DNA from: Bacteroidota bacterium
Lineage (GTDB): Bacteria; Bacteroidota; Bacteroidia; UKL13-3
NCBI GenBank assembly: GCA_027491355.1
Contig: JAIXWI010000034.1
Location: 4,240-68,239 of the forward strand
Length of the DNA stretch: 64,000 nt
Direction: 5' to 3'
Position numbers and translations under genes: made by a program. This document shows, piece after piece, positions 8,548 through 18,362 of this stretch. Numbering within the stretch: the stretch's first letter is position 1; every line of letters starts with the position of its first letter. The notes beneath the pieces were generated by a model. That model saw nothing but the letters and a program-made list of their open reading frames with translations. It was not told the origin of the DNA and ran no database searches.

Positions 8548-11500
8548 TTGATAGGCATAACTCCATACCTTAGTCTCCTTAAAAAGTTTGTATTGATATA
8601 CTTCTTTTTATGGAGTTTTGGGCTTTGGGCAAATACATTGCCATCAAGAAATAAAGGAATTGTTTTCATTGAAAACAAAGGACAATGGGATCAAAACATT
8701 TTGTTCAGAGCTGATATTCCAACAGGTAAATTGTTTGTAGAGGCTGGTATCCTGACTTATGTATTTGAAGACAAAGCAAGTTTGCATGAATTGTTACATG
8801 GCAAAACCACTGGCAAAAGTAAATTTCATGCCGTTAAACTCAAATTTGGCAATGCGGCATACATACCAACTGTTGTCAAAGAAAAGGTCTCTCCTATTTA
8901 CTATAACTATTACAAAGGTGCACCTGAAAAATGGGCAAGCCATGTTCAGGCATTTCAGCAAATTACCTTAAAAAATATTTACCCTGGCATACACCTTGAA
9001 TTGCTCACTAAAGGTGATGCCGTAAAGCTGAACTATATCATAGAACCAGGTGCAAACCCCAACCAAATTCAACTTGTTTATGAAGGAGCGGATCGGTTAA
9101 AATTGAAACAAAATGGTTTACAAATCAGCACTTCACTAGGAGAAATTATTGAAGAGGCACCTTATGCTTATCAGCAAATTGGAGTAAAGCAAAACAACAT
9201 TCCTTGTAGTTTGGTTCTGAAGCAAAACATGGTAACATTTAAAGTTGGAAACTACCAGCATCAAAATCAATTGGTAATAGATCCAACACAAATTTTTGGA
9301 AGTTATATTGGTAGTATTGCCGATAATTTTGGCTTTTCTGCTACCTATGACAAAGATGGAAATGTTTATGGTGCAGGTACCGTTTACGATTACACGTTTC
9401 CTTCAACAGCGGGTGCTTATGATTTAACCTTCAATGAAGGATTTGAAGGAGGAGCAGAATTTGCATGTGATGTTTTTGTTTCAAAATTCAATGCAGATGG
9501 CAGTAGTTTATTGTTTGCAACCTATTTGGGAGGGCAAAAAAATGAACAACCTTATAGTTTAGTGGTAAACCCTAACAACGAATTACTGGTTTTAGGAAGT
9601 ACGGGGTCAACAAATTTTCCTACAACGCCAGGTACTTTTGACAATACCCATAACGGATTTTACGATTTATTTGTATCCAAATTTAACAGTGATGGAACAA
9701 GTCTCGTTGCCTCAACTTACATGGGGGGAGACAAAGACGATGGCATCAATGGGCAAATTGCATTTAAGTACAGTACAGATTTCCCACTTGCATACAATTA
9801 TGCTGATTGTTTCAGATCTGAAATTATTTGTGATAATTTAGGAAATGTATACTTTGCAAGTACTACACAATCTCAAAATTTCACCAGTTCAAATGCTGCT
9901 CAGAATTCATTTGGTGGAGGCAATCAAGATGGCATAGTTGTAAAAATGAATGCCAATTTAAACCGTGTATTGTTTTCAACGTTTCTAGGTGGTGCAAAAG
10001 ATGATGCCGCCTATGCTTTGTGCTTAGATGCAAAAAACAATTTATTTGTTTGTGGAAGTTCTAACAGTACCACAATACCAAACATCAAAAACAACAACAA
10101 TGGATTAATAGATGGCATACTTGCCAAATACAATGCAAATTCTGGCGCACTTCAACAATTGGTTTTCCATGGAACAGCTGAAAATGACCAACACTTTTTT
10201 GTACAAACTGATTTAGCAGGATATCCTTATGTTTTAGGACAAACTGAAGGCATTTTACCTCATACTGCAAATACTTATCACAATGAGGGGTCAAAACAAT
10301 TTATCAGTAAGTTTGATTTCCTGTTAGATACAACATTGGTACAAGGTTGTTTTGGAAGTAACGCCATATTACCCAACTTAGTTCCAGCTGCTTTGATGAT
10401 AGATGATTGTGGTAAAATATACATCAGTGGATGGGGAGGTATTGTGAATGAAAATTTCCACTTAGGCACAGGTAATGTCAATAATTTTCCTTTAAGTGCA
10501 GATGCATTTCAAACACAAACAGATGGTTCTGACTTTTACTTCGCAGTTTTCGCTAAAAACATGGTTGGGCTCAATTACGCAAGTTACTATGGAGGCAAAC
10601 AGAGCAATGAACATGTTGATGGTGGAAGCTCTCGGTTTGATAAAAAAGGAATCATTTACCAAAGTGTATGTGCAGGATGTGGTGGTTTTTCTGATTTTCC
10701 AACTACTCAAAATGCCCATTCAAGAAACAACCCAGCTGTAAGACCAAACAGAAATGAGGGTGGCTGTAATTTAGCAATTTTTAAATTTGATGCAAGACCA
10801 GTTAATCAAGCACCTGAGTTTAACGATACACTCCTATACCTAACAGCAGGCGACACCCTCAATTTTGCAATTCAAGTAACAGACAAAGATGCAGACCTCA
10901 TGCAAATTCAGTTAGAAGGCAATTTAATTGGACTGAACCCTGCTAAAATAAAATTGACAGATACCCTTAGCACCTTTGGTTCGCTTAAAGCTTGGTTACA
11001 TTTTTACAGCAACTGTACAGACCATTTAAACGATACTTTTGTAATAACTGTAAAGGTATTTGATGCTGCATGTCCTAATTCATTGACAACTACAAGAAAA
11101 ATTAAAATTCTGGTTTTAGCTCCTGGTATAGAAGCTCCTGTATTAACTTGTGTGAGTAGCAATTCAAACAATTCAATTTTACTCAAATGGGGACAGTCAG
11201 GGGAATTAGCTGTACCCAATCAAATTCAAATTTTTAAAAAAGTAAACAATGGTAAATTCAATTTACTGAGCACTACATCGCAAAACCAATACCTAGACCC
11301 AAACAATGGAATTCAACTCAGCAATTCAATTTGTTACAAACTAGTAGGAATCAACAACTGCGGTATACCAAGTGACAGCTCTAATGAATTGTGTTTTGAC
11401 AATAGCAGCAATGAAAAAGATCGATTGGCGTTTACAAATTTAGATACCATTACAAAAAAAATTCAAGTATTTGATACCCTTGACATCTCATTTACTATAG

Positions 11501-12870
11501 CCTCAAACTTTGGAGATTCTGTTTATGCCAACTTGCTAGCAAATCCAATTTTAAAGAATCCAATTGCTATTCAATTCAGTAGATTAAATTCAGGAATCAA
11601 TTGTAACATCAGATGGATTCCAATATGTGAAAACATCAACAACGACACTTTAAATGTATTAATTGGTGTTTCCGATAACCAATGTCCATTTTCAAATTTA
11701 GCTTCAAAGCTGATACAACTTGTTGTAAAACCTTTACCCAAATTAGGAATTGGAGAAATGGCATGTGCCAATCAAATTGCAGACAACAAGTTGGTTTTAA
11801 ATTGGACTAAATTGCCCAATTCAAATTATGTCAAATCAATACATGTTTTGGAAAAGGTAAATGGAGGCAAACCAAAAGAAGTGGCCGTATTGAACCAAAT
11901 CAACTCGCTCTCCTATACCCTTCAGCAGGTATTTGATTGGAACCAAAATTATTGTTACGCTGTATTTGCTACTGATGTATGTGATTTCCCTGGAGACACA
12001 TCAGATGAGTACTGCACCAAAGACATAGACAAGTTGCTATTTCCTCCCCCTTTTAATTTTGTCACAGTTCAAAACGACCAAGAAATTGTATTGAATTGGA
12101 ATCCATTAGACAGCAACAATTTTGGATCTTACATCATAGAAAAAAAAGTTGGACGAACAGGCAATACATGGACTAAATTGTCTGCTAGGAGCAATTACAA
12201 GGATACTTTATTTACAGACAAATCAGTGAATGTAGATGACAGTTCTTATTGTTACCGCATGTCAGTTGCTAACAAATGTGGAGCAATTGGAGGCACAGGT
12301 AAAGAGGTTTGCAGTATTTTACTTAAAGGCACAGTTTATCCTTTTGAGTACCATGATTTAAGTTGGTTACCTTATACTTATTTCATTACTGGTACGAATC
12401 GATTTGAATTGTACAAATCTGAACCTGGCATTTATGAAAGTTCTTTGTTAGCCATACGAACCAACTCTACCCTCCAATACCAAGACAGGGTATTGAATCC
12501 TGATAATGGCTTGTATCATTATACCGTTGCTGCATTTGAAAAAGGCTTTGGACAAGGGTTTGCGAGTTGGTCAAATACAATTGAATTGGTGCAACCTCCA
12601 AGCTTGTTTGTACCAAACGCAGTTACAGCAAATGGAGACCAATTAAATGATGTGATTAAGACCGTTCATGTGTTTGTTAAAACCTACCAAATAAAAATGT
12701 ACAACCGATGGGGTGAACTCATTTGGGAAAGTAAAGACAAGTACGCGTCAATGCCTGCCACCTATTTGAATAAGCCTTTGGCAACCGATGTGTATTTTTA
12801 CGAAATCAATTATACTGGTTGGGACGACCAATTGTATACAAAAAAAGGAAATATCAGTATCTTGAGGTAA
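8548..12870 (+). CDS. T9SS type-B cargo (gliding-motility-associated CTD) with SBBP beta-propeller repeats and Ig/Fn3-like domains
   Basis: FIENKGQW N-domain; repeated DVFVSKFN..ATYLGG motifs; C-terminal LFVPNAVTANGDQLND..YNRWGELIW..KGNISILR. Confidence 0.88.
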   Translation: MIGITPYLSLLKKFVLIYFFLWSFGLWANTLPSRNKGIVFIENKGQWDQNILFRADIPTGKLFVEAGILTYVFEDKASLHELLHGKTTGKSKFHAVKLKFGNAAYIPTVVKEKVSPIYYNYYKGAPEKWASHVQAFQQITLKNIYPGIHLELLTKGDAVKLNYIIEPGANPNQIQLVYEGADRLKLKQNGLQISTSLGEIIEEAPYAYQQIGVKQNNIPCSLVLKQNMVTFKVGNYQHQNQLVIDPTQIFGSYIGSIADNFGFSATYDKDGNVYGAGTVYDYTFPSTAGAYDLTFNEGFEGGAEFACDVFVSKFNADGSSLLFATYLGGQKNEQPYSLVVNPNNELLVLGSTGSTNFPTTPGTFDNTHNGFYDLFVSKFNSDGTSLVASTYMGGDKDDGINGQIAFKYSTDFPLAYNYADCFRSEIICDNLGNVYFASTTQSQNFTSSNAAQNSFGGGNQDGIVVKMNANLNRVLFSTFLGGAKDDAAYALCLDAKNNLFVCGSSNSTTIPNIKNNNNGLIDGILAKYNANSGALQQLVFHGTAENDQHFFVQTDLAGYPYVLGQTEGILPHTANTYHNEGSKQFISKFDFLLDTTLVQGCFGSNAILPNLVPAALMIDDCGKIYISGWGGIVNENFHLGTGNVNNFPLSADAFQTQTDGSDFYFAVFAKNMVGLNYASYYGGKQSNEHVDGGSSRFDKKGIIYQSVCAGCGGFSDFPTTQNAHSRNNPAVRPNRNEGGCNLAIFKFDARPVNQAPEFNDTLLYLTAGDTLNFAIQVTDKDADLMQIQLEGNLIGLNPAKIKLTDTLSTFGSLKAWLHFYSNCTDHLNDTFVITVKVFDAACPNSLTTTRKIKILVLAPGIEAPVLTCVSSNSNNSILLKWGQSGELAVPNQIQIFKKVNNGKFNLLSTTSQNQYLDPNNGIQLSNSICYKLVGINNCGIPSDSSNELCFDNSSNEKDRLAFTNLDTITKKIQVFDTLDISFTIASNFGDSVYANLLANPILKNPIAIQFSRLNSGINCNIRWIPICENINNDTLNVLIGVSDNQCPFSNLASKLIQLVVKPLPKLGIGEMACANQIADNKLVLNWTKLPNSNYVKSIHVLEKVNGGKPKEVAVLNQINSLSYTLQQVFDWNQNYCYAVFATDVCDFPGDTSDEYCTKDIDKLLFPPPFNFVTVQNDQEIVLNWNPLDSNNFGSYIIEKKVGRTGNTWTKLSARSNYKDTLFTDKSVNVDDSSYCYRMSVANKCGAIGGTGKEVCSILLKGTVYPFEYHDLSWLPYTYFITGTNRFELYKSEPGIYESSLLAIRTNSTLQYQDRVLNPDNGLYHYTVAAFEKGFGQGFASWSNTIELVQPPSLFVPNAVTANGDQLNDVIKTVHVFVKTYQIKMYNRWGELIWESKDKYASMPATYLNKPLATDVYFYEINYTGWDDQLYTKKGNISILR

Positions 12871-12871
12871 A

Positions 12872-13639
12872 TTACTTGAAGCGACCCCTCAACTTTATTT
12901 GGGTCAATCGACGCTTGGTATCTAAAGAAAAATCACCATCTAACATCCATTGGTAGTAACCCTTATCAGTTTCCAGTACCTCTTCTACCAATTTGTTTCT
13001 GTGCTTGCCAAAATTGAAAACCTCTTTACCCTCTTTATTGAATACCATTCTGCCAGCCAAGTCTACATTTTTGGTTTGACCCGAAAATTGGTGTAAGAAT
13101 TCAATGTCGTTTTGCAATTCTTGGTAATGGTTAATTTGAGCCTTCAATACCTCTAAAGTAGCTATGGTATCGTCTTCTGCATGGTGCGCGTTTTCGATGG
13201 TTTTATTACAATAAAACTTATAAGCTGCAGATAAGTTTCTAGGTTCCATGGTATGGTAAATTCTTTGCGCATCAATGAACCTTCTATTTTCTACATCAAA
13301 GTCTACACCTGCACGTAAAAACTCTTCTACCAAAAGCGGAAAATCGAATTTGTTAGAATTGAATCCAGCAAAATCACATCCTTTCATAAATTCGCCAAGT
13401 TCTTTTGCTACTTGAGAAAATGTAGGTGCGTCTGCAACATCGGCATCACTGATACCATGAATGGCTGTAGATTCAGGTGGAATTGGAATTCCTGGGTTAA
13501 TCTTCATCACCTTCAATTCCTCTTCACCATTTACATGAACTTTGATACAGGCTATTTCAACTATTCTGTCTGTAGAAATACTAATACCAGTTGTTTCTAA
13601 ATCAAAAACAACCAAAGGTCTTTTTAAGTTTAATTGCAT
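12872..13639 (-). CDS. DEDDh 3'-5' exonuclease (DNA polymerase III epsilon-like)
   Basis: VFDLETTG, GFNSNKFDFP, AHHAEDDT motifs, FNFGKH C-domain. Confidence 0.9.
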   Translation of the reverse strand: MQLNLKRPLVVFDLETTGISISTDRIVEIACIKVHVNGEEELKVMKINPGIPIPPESTAIHGISDADVADAPTFSQVAKELGEFMKGCDFAGFNSNKFDFPLLVEEFLRAGVDFDVENRRFIDAQRIYHTMEPRNLSAAYKFYCNKTIENAHHAEDDTIATLEVLKAQINHYQELQNDIEFLHQFSGQTKNVDLAGRMVFNKEGKEVFNFGKHRNKLVEEVLETDKGYYQWMLDGDFSLDTKRRLTQIKLRGRFK

Positions 13640-13652
13640 CTAAATTTTGTTG

Positions 13653-14255
13653 TTAATAACCCTCCGAATCAAAACCACCTTCACTACTCTGACCATCTTC
13701 CCCTTCACCATTGTCAAACAAACCAAATTCGTCTGCTTCATCATCAGAAATTTCATCAGGAATTTCGTCAGATCTGTTCAAGTAATTTTTGGTGATTTCA
13801 TCGAATTCATTCTCATCAACAGCACCAAATTTTTGCACTTTATCGTATTGTTTGGGTGCTAAACCAACTGATTTGACCAAAGCAGGATATGTTAATTTGG
13901 GATTTTCAGTTGTGCTAATTCCAATAAGTTCAATCATCATTGCCCAGCATTCAATAAAATCATACACATACATGATTTTTTGATGTGGATCATTGATGTA
14001 CTGGCTCATTTTTGATTTAGCCATGACTGGAACTGGCTTATCAGGATTTTCAGTCATGTCTTCTAATGTAATTTCCTGTCCTTTCTTCCATGAATCATTG
14101 CTCATGTAAAAAGAAGCCAATTGTTTGTTGTCAAATTTAATTGAATCAAGAATTGCCAAATGGAAATCAAGAAACGTTTGGTTCGATTTGATTTCAATCA
14201 CTCGGTAAATATCCTCGTAATCTTCAAAATATACCTTGAACTTATAAACTGCCAT
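13653..14255 (-). CDS. pRiA4b ORF-3-like protein with acidic tail
   Basis: YRVIEIKSNQTFLDFHLAIL, YVYDF..W motif, E/D-rich C-terminus; likely ATG at 14255. Confidence 0.75.
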   Translation of the reverse strand: MAVYKFKVYFEDYEDIYRVIEIKSNQTFLDFHLAILDSIKFDNKQLASFYMSNDSWKKGQEITLEDMTENPDKPVPVMAKSKMSQYINDPHQKIMYVYDFIECWAMMIELIGISTTENPKLTYPALVKSVGLAPKQYDKVQKFGAVDENEFDEITKNYLNRSDEIPDEISDDEADEFGLFDNGEGEDGQSSEGGFDSEGY

Positions 14256-14335
14256 AAAATTAAATTGGGATGCTAATTTCCGTTTTTTTTTTGCTTTCAA
14301 CAAACCTTTTCCTGCTTGTTAAATGTATTTTTTTT

Positions 14336-15769
14336 TCACAAGCTTGAATTCATTAACTGATTGATGCCAATGACCGGCTCCATACCTTTCGATTGCGCTA
14401 TTGCTAACATGAATTCCAATGCAGCAGTGCGTTCATTTTTAACTTGTCCTTCTAATATGGCCTCTCTCAATGCTTCTTTTATTTCACCAACTTGTTTAGA
14501 AGGACCAATGCCAAAACAACGCATGATATCTTCTCCAGTTACCGGAGGTTGCCAATTTCTGAGTGTATCACGTTCTTCTACCTCGCTCACCAGCTCTCTT
14601 ACTTTGTCTAAATTTCTGCGGTACTTTTGAAGTTTTTCCTCGCTTTTAGTGGTCATATCTGCTTTGCACAAAACAAATAAATCGTCGAGGTCTTCACCTG
14701 CATCAACAATTAAGCGTCGTATGGCTGAATCTGTAACACCCTCTTCTGCCAATACTTTTGGTCGGTGATGCATAGCTACAAGCTTCTCCACATATTTCAT
14801 TTTCTCGTTCAAAGGCAGTTTCAAACGCCTGAAAATTCTGGCTACCATTCTACTGCCCTTGTCTTCATGTCCATGAAATGTCCAACCGTCACCAGGTATG
14901 TATTTTTTACAAACTGGTTTACCAATATCATGCAAAAGTATTGCCCACCTCAACCACAAATTATTGGTAGTGGCTGCACCTTGGTCCAATACTTGTAAAG
15001 TATGAATAAAATTGTCTTTGTGGCCTCTTCCATGAACATAATCTATTCCACTCATCTCCATCAGTTCTGGAAATATGAGTTTCAACAAGCCTGAATCGTG
15101 TAAAAGTTGAAAGCCAATAGAAGGTTTTGGGGCAAGTATGATTTTATTGAGCTCATCTGTTATGCGCTCAAATGAAACAATTTGAATGCGGTTTTTGAAG
15201 GCTTGAATGGCCTCGTATGTTTCGGCATGAATTTGAAATGAAAGCTGAGCTGCGAACCTCACAGCTCTCATCATTCTCAATGGGTCATCATCAAATGTGA
15301 TACCTGGCTCTAATGGGGTTTTGAGCAATTGCTGTTGCAGATGCTCCATGCCATTGAAAGGGTCAAGCAATTGTCCAAAATTGTGTTGATTTAAACTGAT
15401 TGCCAAAGCATTGATGGTAAAATCTCTTCTTGATAAATCTTCTTCTAGTGTACCCGGACTGACAATAGGTTTTCTGCTGTTGCGGCTGTAACTTTCTTTT
15501 CTGGCACCTACAAATTCTATTTCAAAATGATTGGTTTTAACCATTGCTGTTCCAAAATTCCTAAAAACAGCAAAATCATGTACCTCATGAAAATGACTGG
15601 CAAATGTTTTTGCAAAAGCTATTCCATCGCCCAATACAACCACATCAATGTCTTTTGAATTGCGTTTTAAAAAGCTATCCCTTACAAAGCCACCCACCAA
15701 ATATGCTTCTGTTCCGGTTAGGGCAGTTGTAGCAGCAAGCTGCTGAAAAAGTAAACCTTCCAATTGCAT
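14336..15769 (-). CDS. cca: CCA tRNA nucleotidyltransferase with HD domain
   Basis: YLVGGFVRD, DIDVV, RRDFTINALA, DDPLRMMRAVRF, LLHDIGK. ATG at 15769 follows a TAnnTTTG element at 15780-15787. Confidence 0.88.
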   Translation of the reverse strand: MQLEGLLFQQLAATTALTGTEAYLVGGFVRDSFLKRNSKDIDVVVLGDGIAFAKTFASHFHEVHDFAVFRNFGTAMVKTNHFEIEFVGARKESYSRNSRKPIVSPGTLEEDLSRRDFTINALAISLNQHNFGQLLDPFNGMEHLQQQLLKTPLEPGITFDDDPLRMMRAVRFAAQLSFQIHAETYEAIQAFKNRIQIVSFERITDELNKIILAPKPSIGFQLLHDSGLLKLIFPELMEMSGIDYVHGRGHKDNFIHTLQVLDQGAATTNNLWLRWAILLHDIGKPVCKKYIPGDGWTFHGHEDKGSRMVARIFRRLKLPLNEKMKYVEKLVAMHHRPKVLAEEGVTDSAIRRLIVDAGEDLDDLFVLCKADMTTKSEEKLQKYRRNLDKVRELVSEVEERDTLRNWQPPVTGEDIMRCFGIGPSKQVGEIKEALREAILEGQVKNERTAALEFMLAIAQSKGMEPVIGINQLMNSSL

Positions 15770-15826
15770 AATCACATGGCAAAAGTAAGCTTTGTATAGC
15801 AAATAATTGTGAAAGGTAAGTGAAAA

Positions 15827-16957
15827 CTATATCAGCGAGGAATATAATTCCTGCCATTGAATGGCCAATTTTTTGTTATCAAAATCCAATGCACGTTCAA
15901 AGCCATTTTTTACCAGCATTTTACGAAGCGCTTCGTCTGATAATATAAAAGTCAATGCTTCTTTAATCTCTGTTACATTGAATGGATCAACACACAGTGC
16001 GGCATCACCTGCAATTTCTGGCAAACAGCTCTTGTTACTTGTTAAAATAGGAACTCCACTCCACATGGCCTCTAACAAGGGTATTCCAAATCCTTCTTCG
16101 TAACTCAAGTAAGCAAAAGCGGCAGCCATTTGGTAAAATACTGGTAATTCATCTATAGAAACATTGTCTAAAAATAAAACTTTTTGTTGAAGCATTTTAT
16201 CTTGAACAAATTCTGCCATTTCAGGAAATAAATCAGCCTTTTTACCAATAAAAACCATTTGGGTATTTGATAAATTTGCTTGTTCAAATGCTTTTAACAG
16301 GTTGAGTTGATTTTTTCTTTTTTCAAGGGTACCAACCGAAAGTATAAAATGGTCTTGTAAATTGTATTTGTTAGCTATTGCTGGGGGTAATGTAGGATTT
16401 GACAGCACTTTAAACAGTGGATTACAATCTTGATAAATGACCGTAATTTTAGTTTCAGGAACTTGAAAATAGTACATCAAGTCCTTTGCGGTTTGTTTAC
16501 TACAAGCTACTACTTTATTAGCTCGGCTCACTGCAGATGCTACTTTTTTACGGTAAATGAGCCTGTCAATTGGCTTGTACAATTCAGGATGTTTTAAAAA
16601 AATTAAATCGTGAATGGTAACCACTGTTTTAATTCCAGTATGTTCTATTCCAATTGGCAATTCATTGCTAAGTCCATGATAAATGACTATGTTATCTGCA
16701 ATTAAATCTTTTACAACACCTTTATTGCGCCAGTTTTTCTTGAACATACGCCCCAAAAAACTTTTGGGTTGGTGAACATAAAGCAGTTGGGTATCCAAAG
16801 CATTTACACTCCCAATTTCTGGGGTGTATAAATGAATTTCAATCAGATTGTTATTCTCATTCAAGCCTTGTACAAGTGTACGGGCATAATTCCCCAATCC
16901 AGTTTTATTGAGAAAATACCGCTTTGCATCATAACCAATCTTGTGTGGGCGCATCAC
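15827..16957 (-). CDS. Glycosyltransferase family 4
   Basis: TIHDL, SVGTLEKRKN, EGFGIPLLEAM motifs. Confidence 0.88.
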   Translation of the reverse strand: MMRPHKIGYDAKRYFLNKTGLGNYARTLVQGLNENNNLIEIHLYTPEIGSVNALDTQLLYVHQPKSFLGRMFKKNWRNKGVVKDLIADNIVIYHGLSNELPIGIEHTGIKTVVTIHDLIFLKHPELYKPIDRLIYRKKVASAVSRANKVVACSKQTAKDLMYYFQVPETKITVIYQDCNPLFKVLSNPTLPPAIANKYNLQDHFILSVGTLEKRKNQLNLLKAFEQANLSNTQMVFIGKKADLFPEMAEFVQDKMLQQKVLFLDNVSIDELPVFYQMAAAFAYLSYEEGFGIPLLEAMWSGVPILTSNKSCLPEIAGDAALCVDPFNVTEIKEALTFILSDEALRKMLVKNGFERALDFDNKKLAIQWQELYSSLI

Positions 16958-16990
16958 ACAAATAAAGGAATTTATATTTCAATTTTGCAT

Positions 16991-17015
16991 ATATGAATAT
17001 ATGTTCATATGTTTG
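16991..17015 (+). promoter_or_regulatory. ArsR-type operator palindrome overlapping a Bacteroidota -7 promoter
   Basis: ATATGAA-TATATG-TTCATAT inverted repeat (16991-17010) overlaps TATGTTTG (17008-17015) just upstream of the ArsR gene. Confidence 0.65.
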
Positions 17016-17023
17016 TATAAGAA

Positions 17024-17326
17024 ATGAACAAGTACAACAAACAACTTGAAAAAGCTGCATTTATTTTAAAAAGTATAGCCCATCCTACACGTTTGGCAGC
17101 CATAGACTTTTTAAATAAAAAAGGACAAGCCAATGTTGGCGAAATTTGTGCTGCAACAGGCTGTGAACAAAGTTTGATGTCTCACCATTTGATTGCTATG
17201 AAACTCAAAGGCATCTTACAATCACAAAAAGAAGGCACTAGTATCATTTATAGTTTAAAAGAAAAACAATTGTGTTTGGTTATTCAATTAATGGACCAAT
17301 GCAATTGCAATATGGGAGTAAATTAA
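17024..17326 (+). CDS. ArsR/SmtB family transcriptional regulator
   Basis: LKSIAHPTRL, QSLMSHHL, winged HTH, several Cys residues. Confidence 0.9.
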   Translation: MNKYNKQLEKAAFILKSIAHPTRLAAIDFLNKKGQANVGEICAATGCEQSLMSHHLIAMKLKGILQSQKEGTSIIYSLKEKQLCLVIQLMDQCNCNMGVN

Positions 17327-17332
17327 AAGCAG

Positions 17333-17533
17333 ATGACGCAACTAATTCACCAATTTATAAGATGGCGACTGTTTTTGATGCTCTTATTTGGTTTGATGGG
17401 TTGGTGCTACTGGTACTTTTTAGGTTGTGAAGATGGTACTTGCTCAATTACTTCAAACCCTTATAATAGCACAATTTATGGCATGGTAGTGGGTTTTATA
17501 ATAGGTATACAAAACAAAAAAACAAATAAATAA
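17333..17533 (+). CDS. Small membrane protein (DUF6132-like)
   Basis: YWYFLGCEDGTCSITSNPYNSTIYG motif flanked by hydrophobic helices. Confidence 0.75.
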   Translation: MTQLIHQFIRWRLFLMLLFGLMGWCYWYFLGCEDGTCSITSNPYNSTIYGMVVGFIIGIQNKKTNK

Positions 17534-17534
17534 A

Positions 17535-17954
17535 ATGGCAACAATTCATGAAGTAGCAACCAAATGGGTTGCAGATATGGAATTTGCAAGTCAAATTGAC
17601 GACCATATCATCCGATTAGATACCGTAGAAGCTGGAGGAGGTCACAACAATGGCCCTAAACCCAAAGCTTTGTTATTAAGTGCCTTAACAGGGTGCACCG
17701 GAATGGATGTGGTTTCTACTTTGAAAAAAATGCATGTAAGCTTTTCAGATTTTAACCTGATTGCAAAAGCTGATTTAACAGATGAGCATCCAAGGGTTTA
17801 TTCAAAAATTGTTTTGGTTTATCAAATAAAAGTAAAACCAGAAGACCAAGAAAAGGTAGTAAAAGCAGTAAACCTTTCTAAAGAAAAATATTGTGGTGTA
17901 AGTGCCATGCTTAGCAAAGTATGCCCAATTACATTCAGCATAGAGTACCTTTAA
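17535..17954 (+). CDS. OsmC/YhfA family protein
   Basis: GPKPKALLLSALTGCTGMDV and SKEKYCGVSAML two-Cys motifs. Confidence 0.9.
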   Translation: MATIHEVATKWVADMEFASQIDDHIIRLDTVEAGGGHNNGPKPKALLLSALTGCTGMDVVSTLKKMHVSFSDFNLIAKADLTDEHPRVYSKIVLVYQIKVKPEDQEKVVKAVNLSKEKYCGVSAMLSKVCPITFSIEYL

Positions 17955-18247
17955 TTGAGATGCAGCCTTGGAAAACGATATGATTCACCATCGTGAACCA
18001 TGAGTGCATGAATTTCAAAACTTAAGAAACGGTGAATGGGGAATTGTTGAACAATATCCAACACTTCACCGGCTTCTTTGGCTTCAAAAATGATCCAACC
18101 TTTGCTGCGTTCTTCATTGACAGCGTAAGTTAATATTTTACCTTCTGCAATCAATTCATCAATGTATGCTCTGTGCGCAGGAATCATTCGCATAAAATCC
18201 TGATCAACAATTTCAGGGATGTACATTTCTACAACAAAGTGTCTCAT
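17951..18247 (-). CDS. YciI / muconolactone isomerase-like protein
   Basis: IPAHRAYIDEL..GWIIFEA..FPIH dimeric alpha/beta-barrel pattern. Confidence 0.7.
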   Translation of the reverse strand: MRHFVVEMYIPEIVDQDFMRMIPAHRAYIDELIAEGKILTYAVNEERSKGWIIFEAKEAGEVLDIVQQFPIHRFLSFEIHALMVHDGESYRFPRLHLN

Positions 18248-18362
18248 AATTTTTAATGAATTAAAATTAATTAAATGAAATGAAAACCAGCTATTTTATA
18301 ATTATCTTTTTATTAAATCAATTGAATCAACTTAAAAATGAGGTACTTTTGTTTGAATTGAT

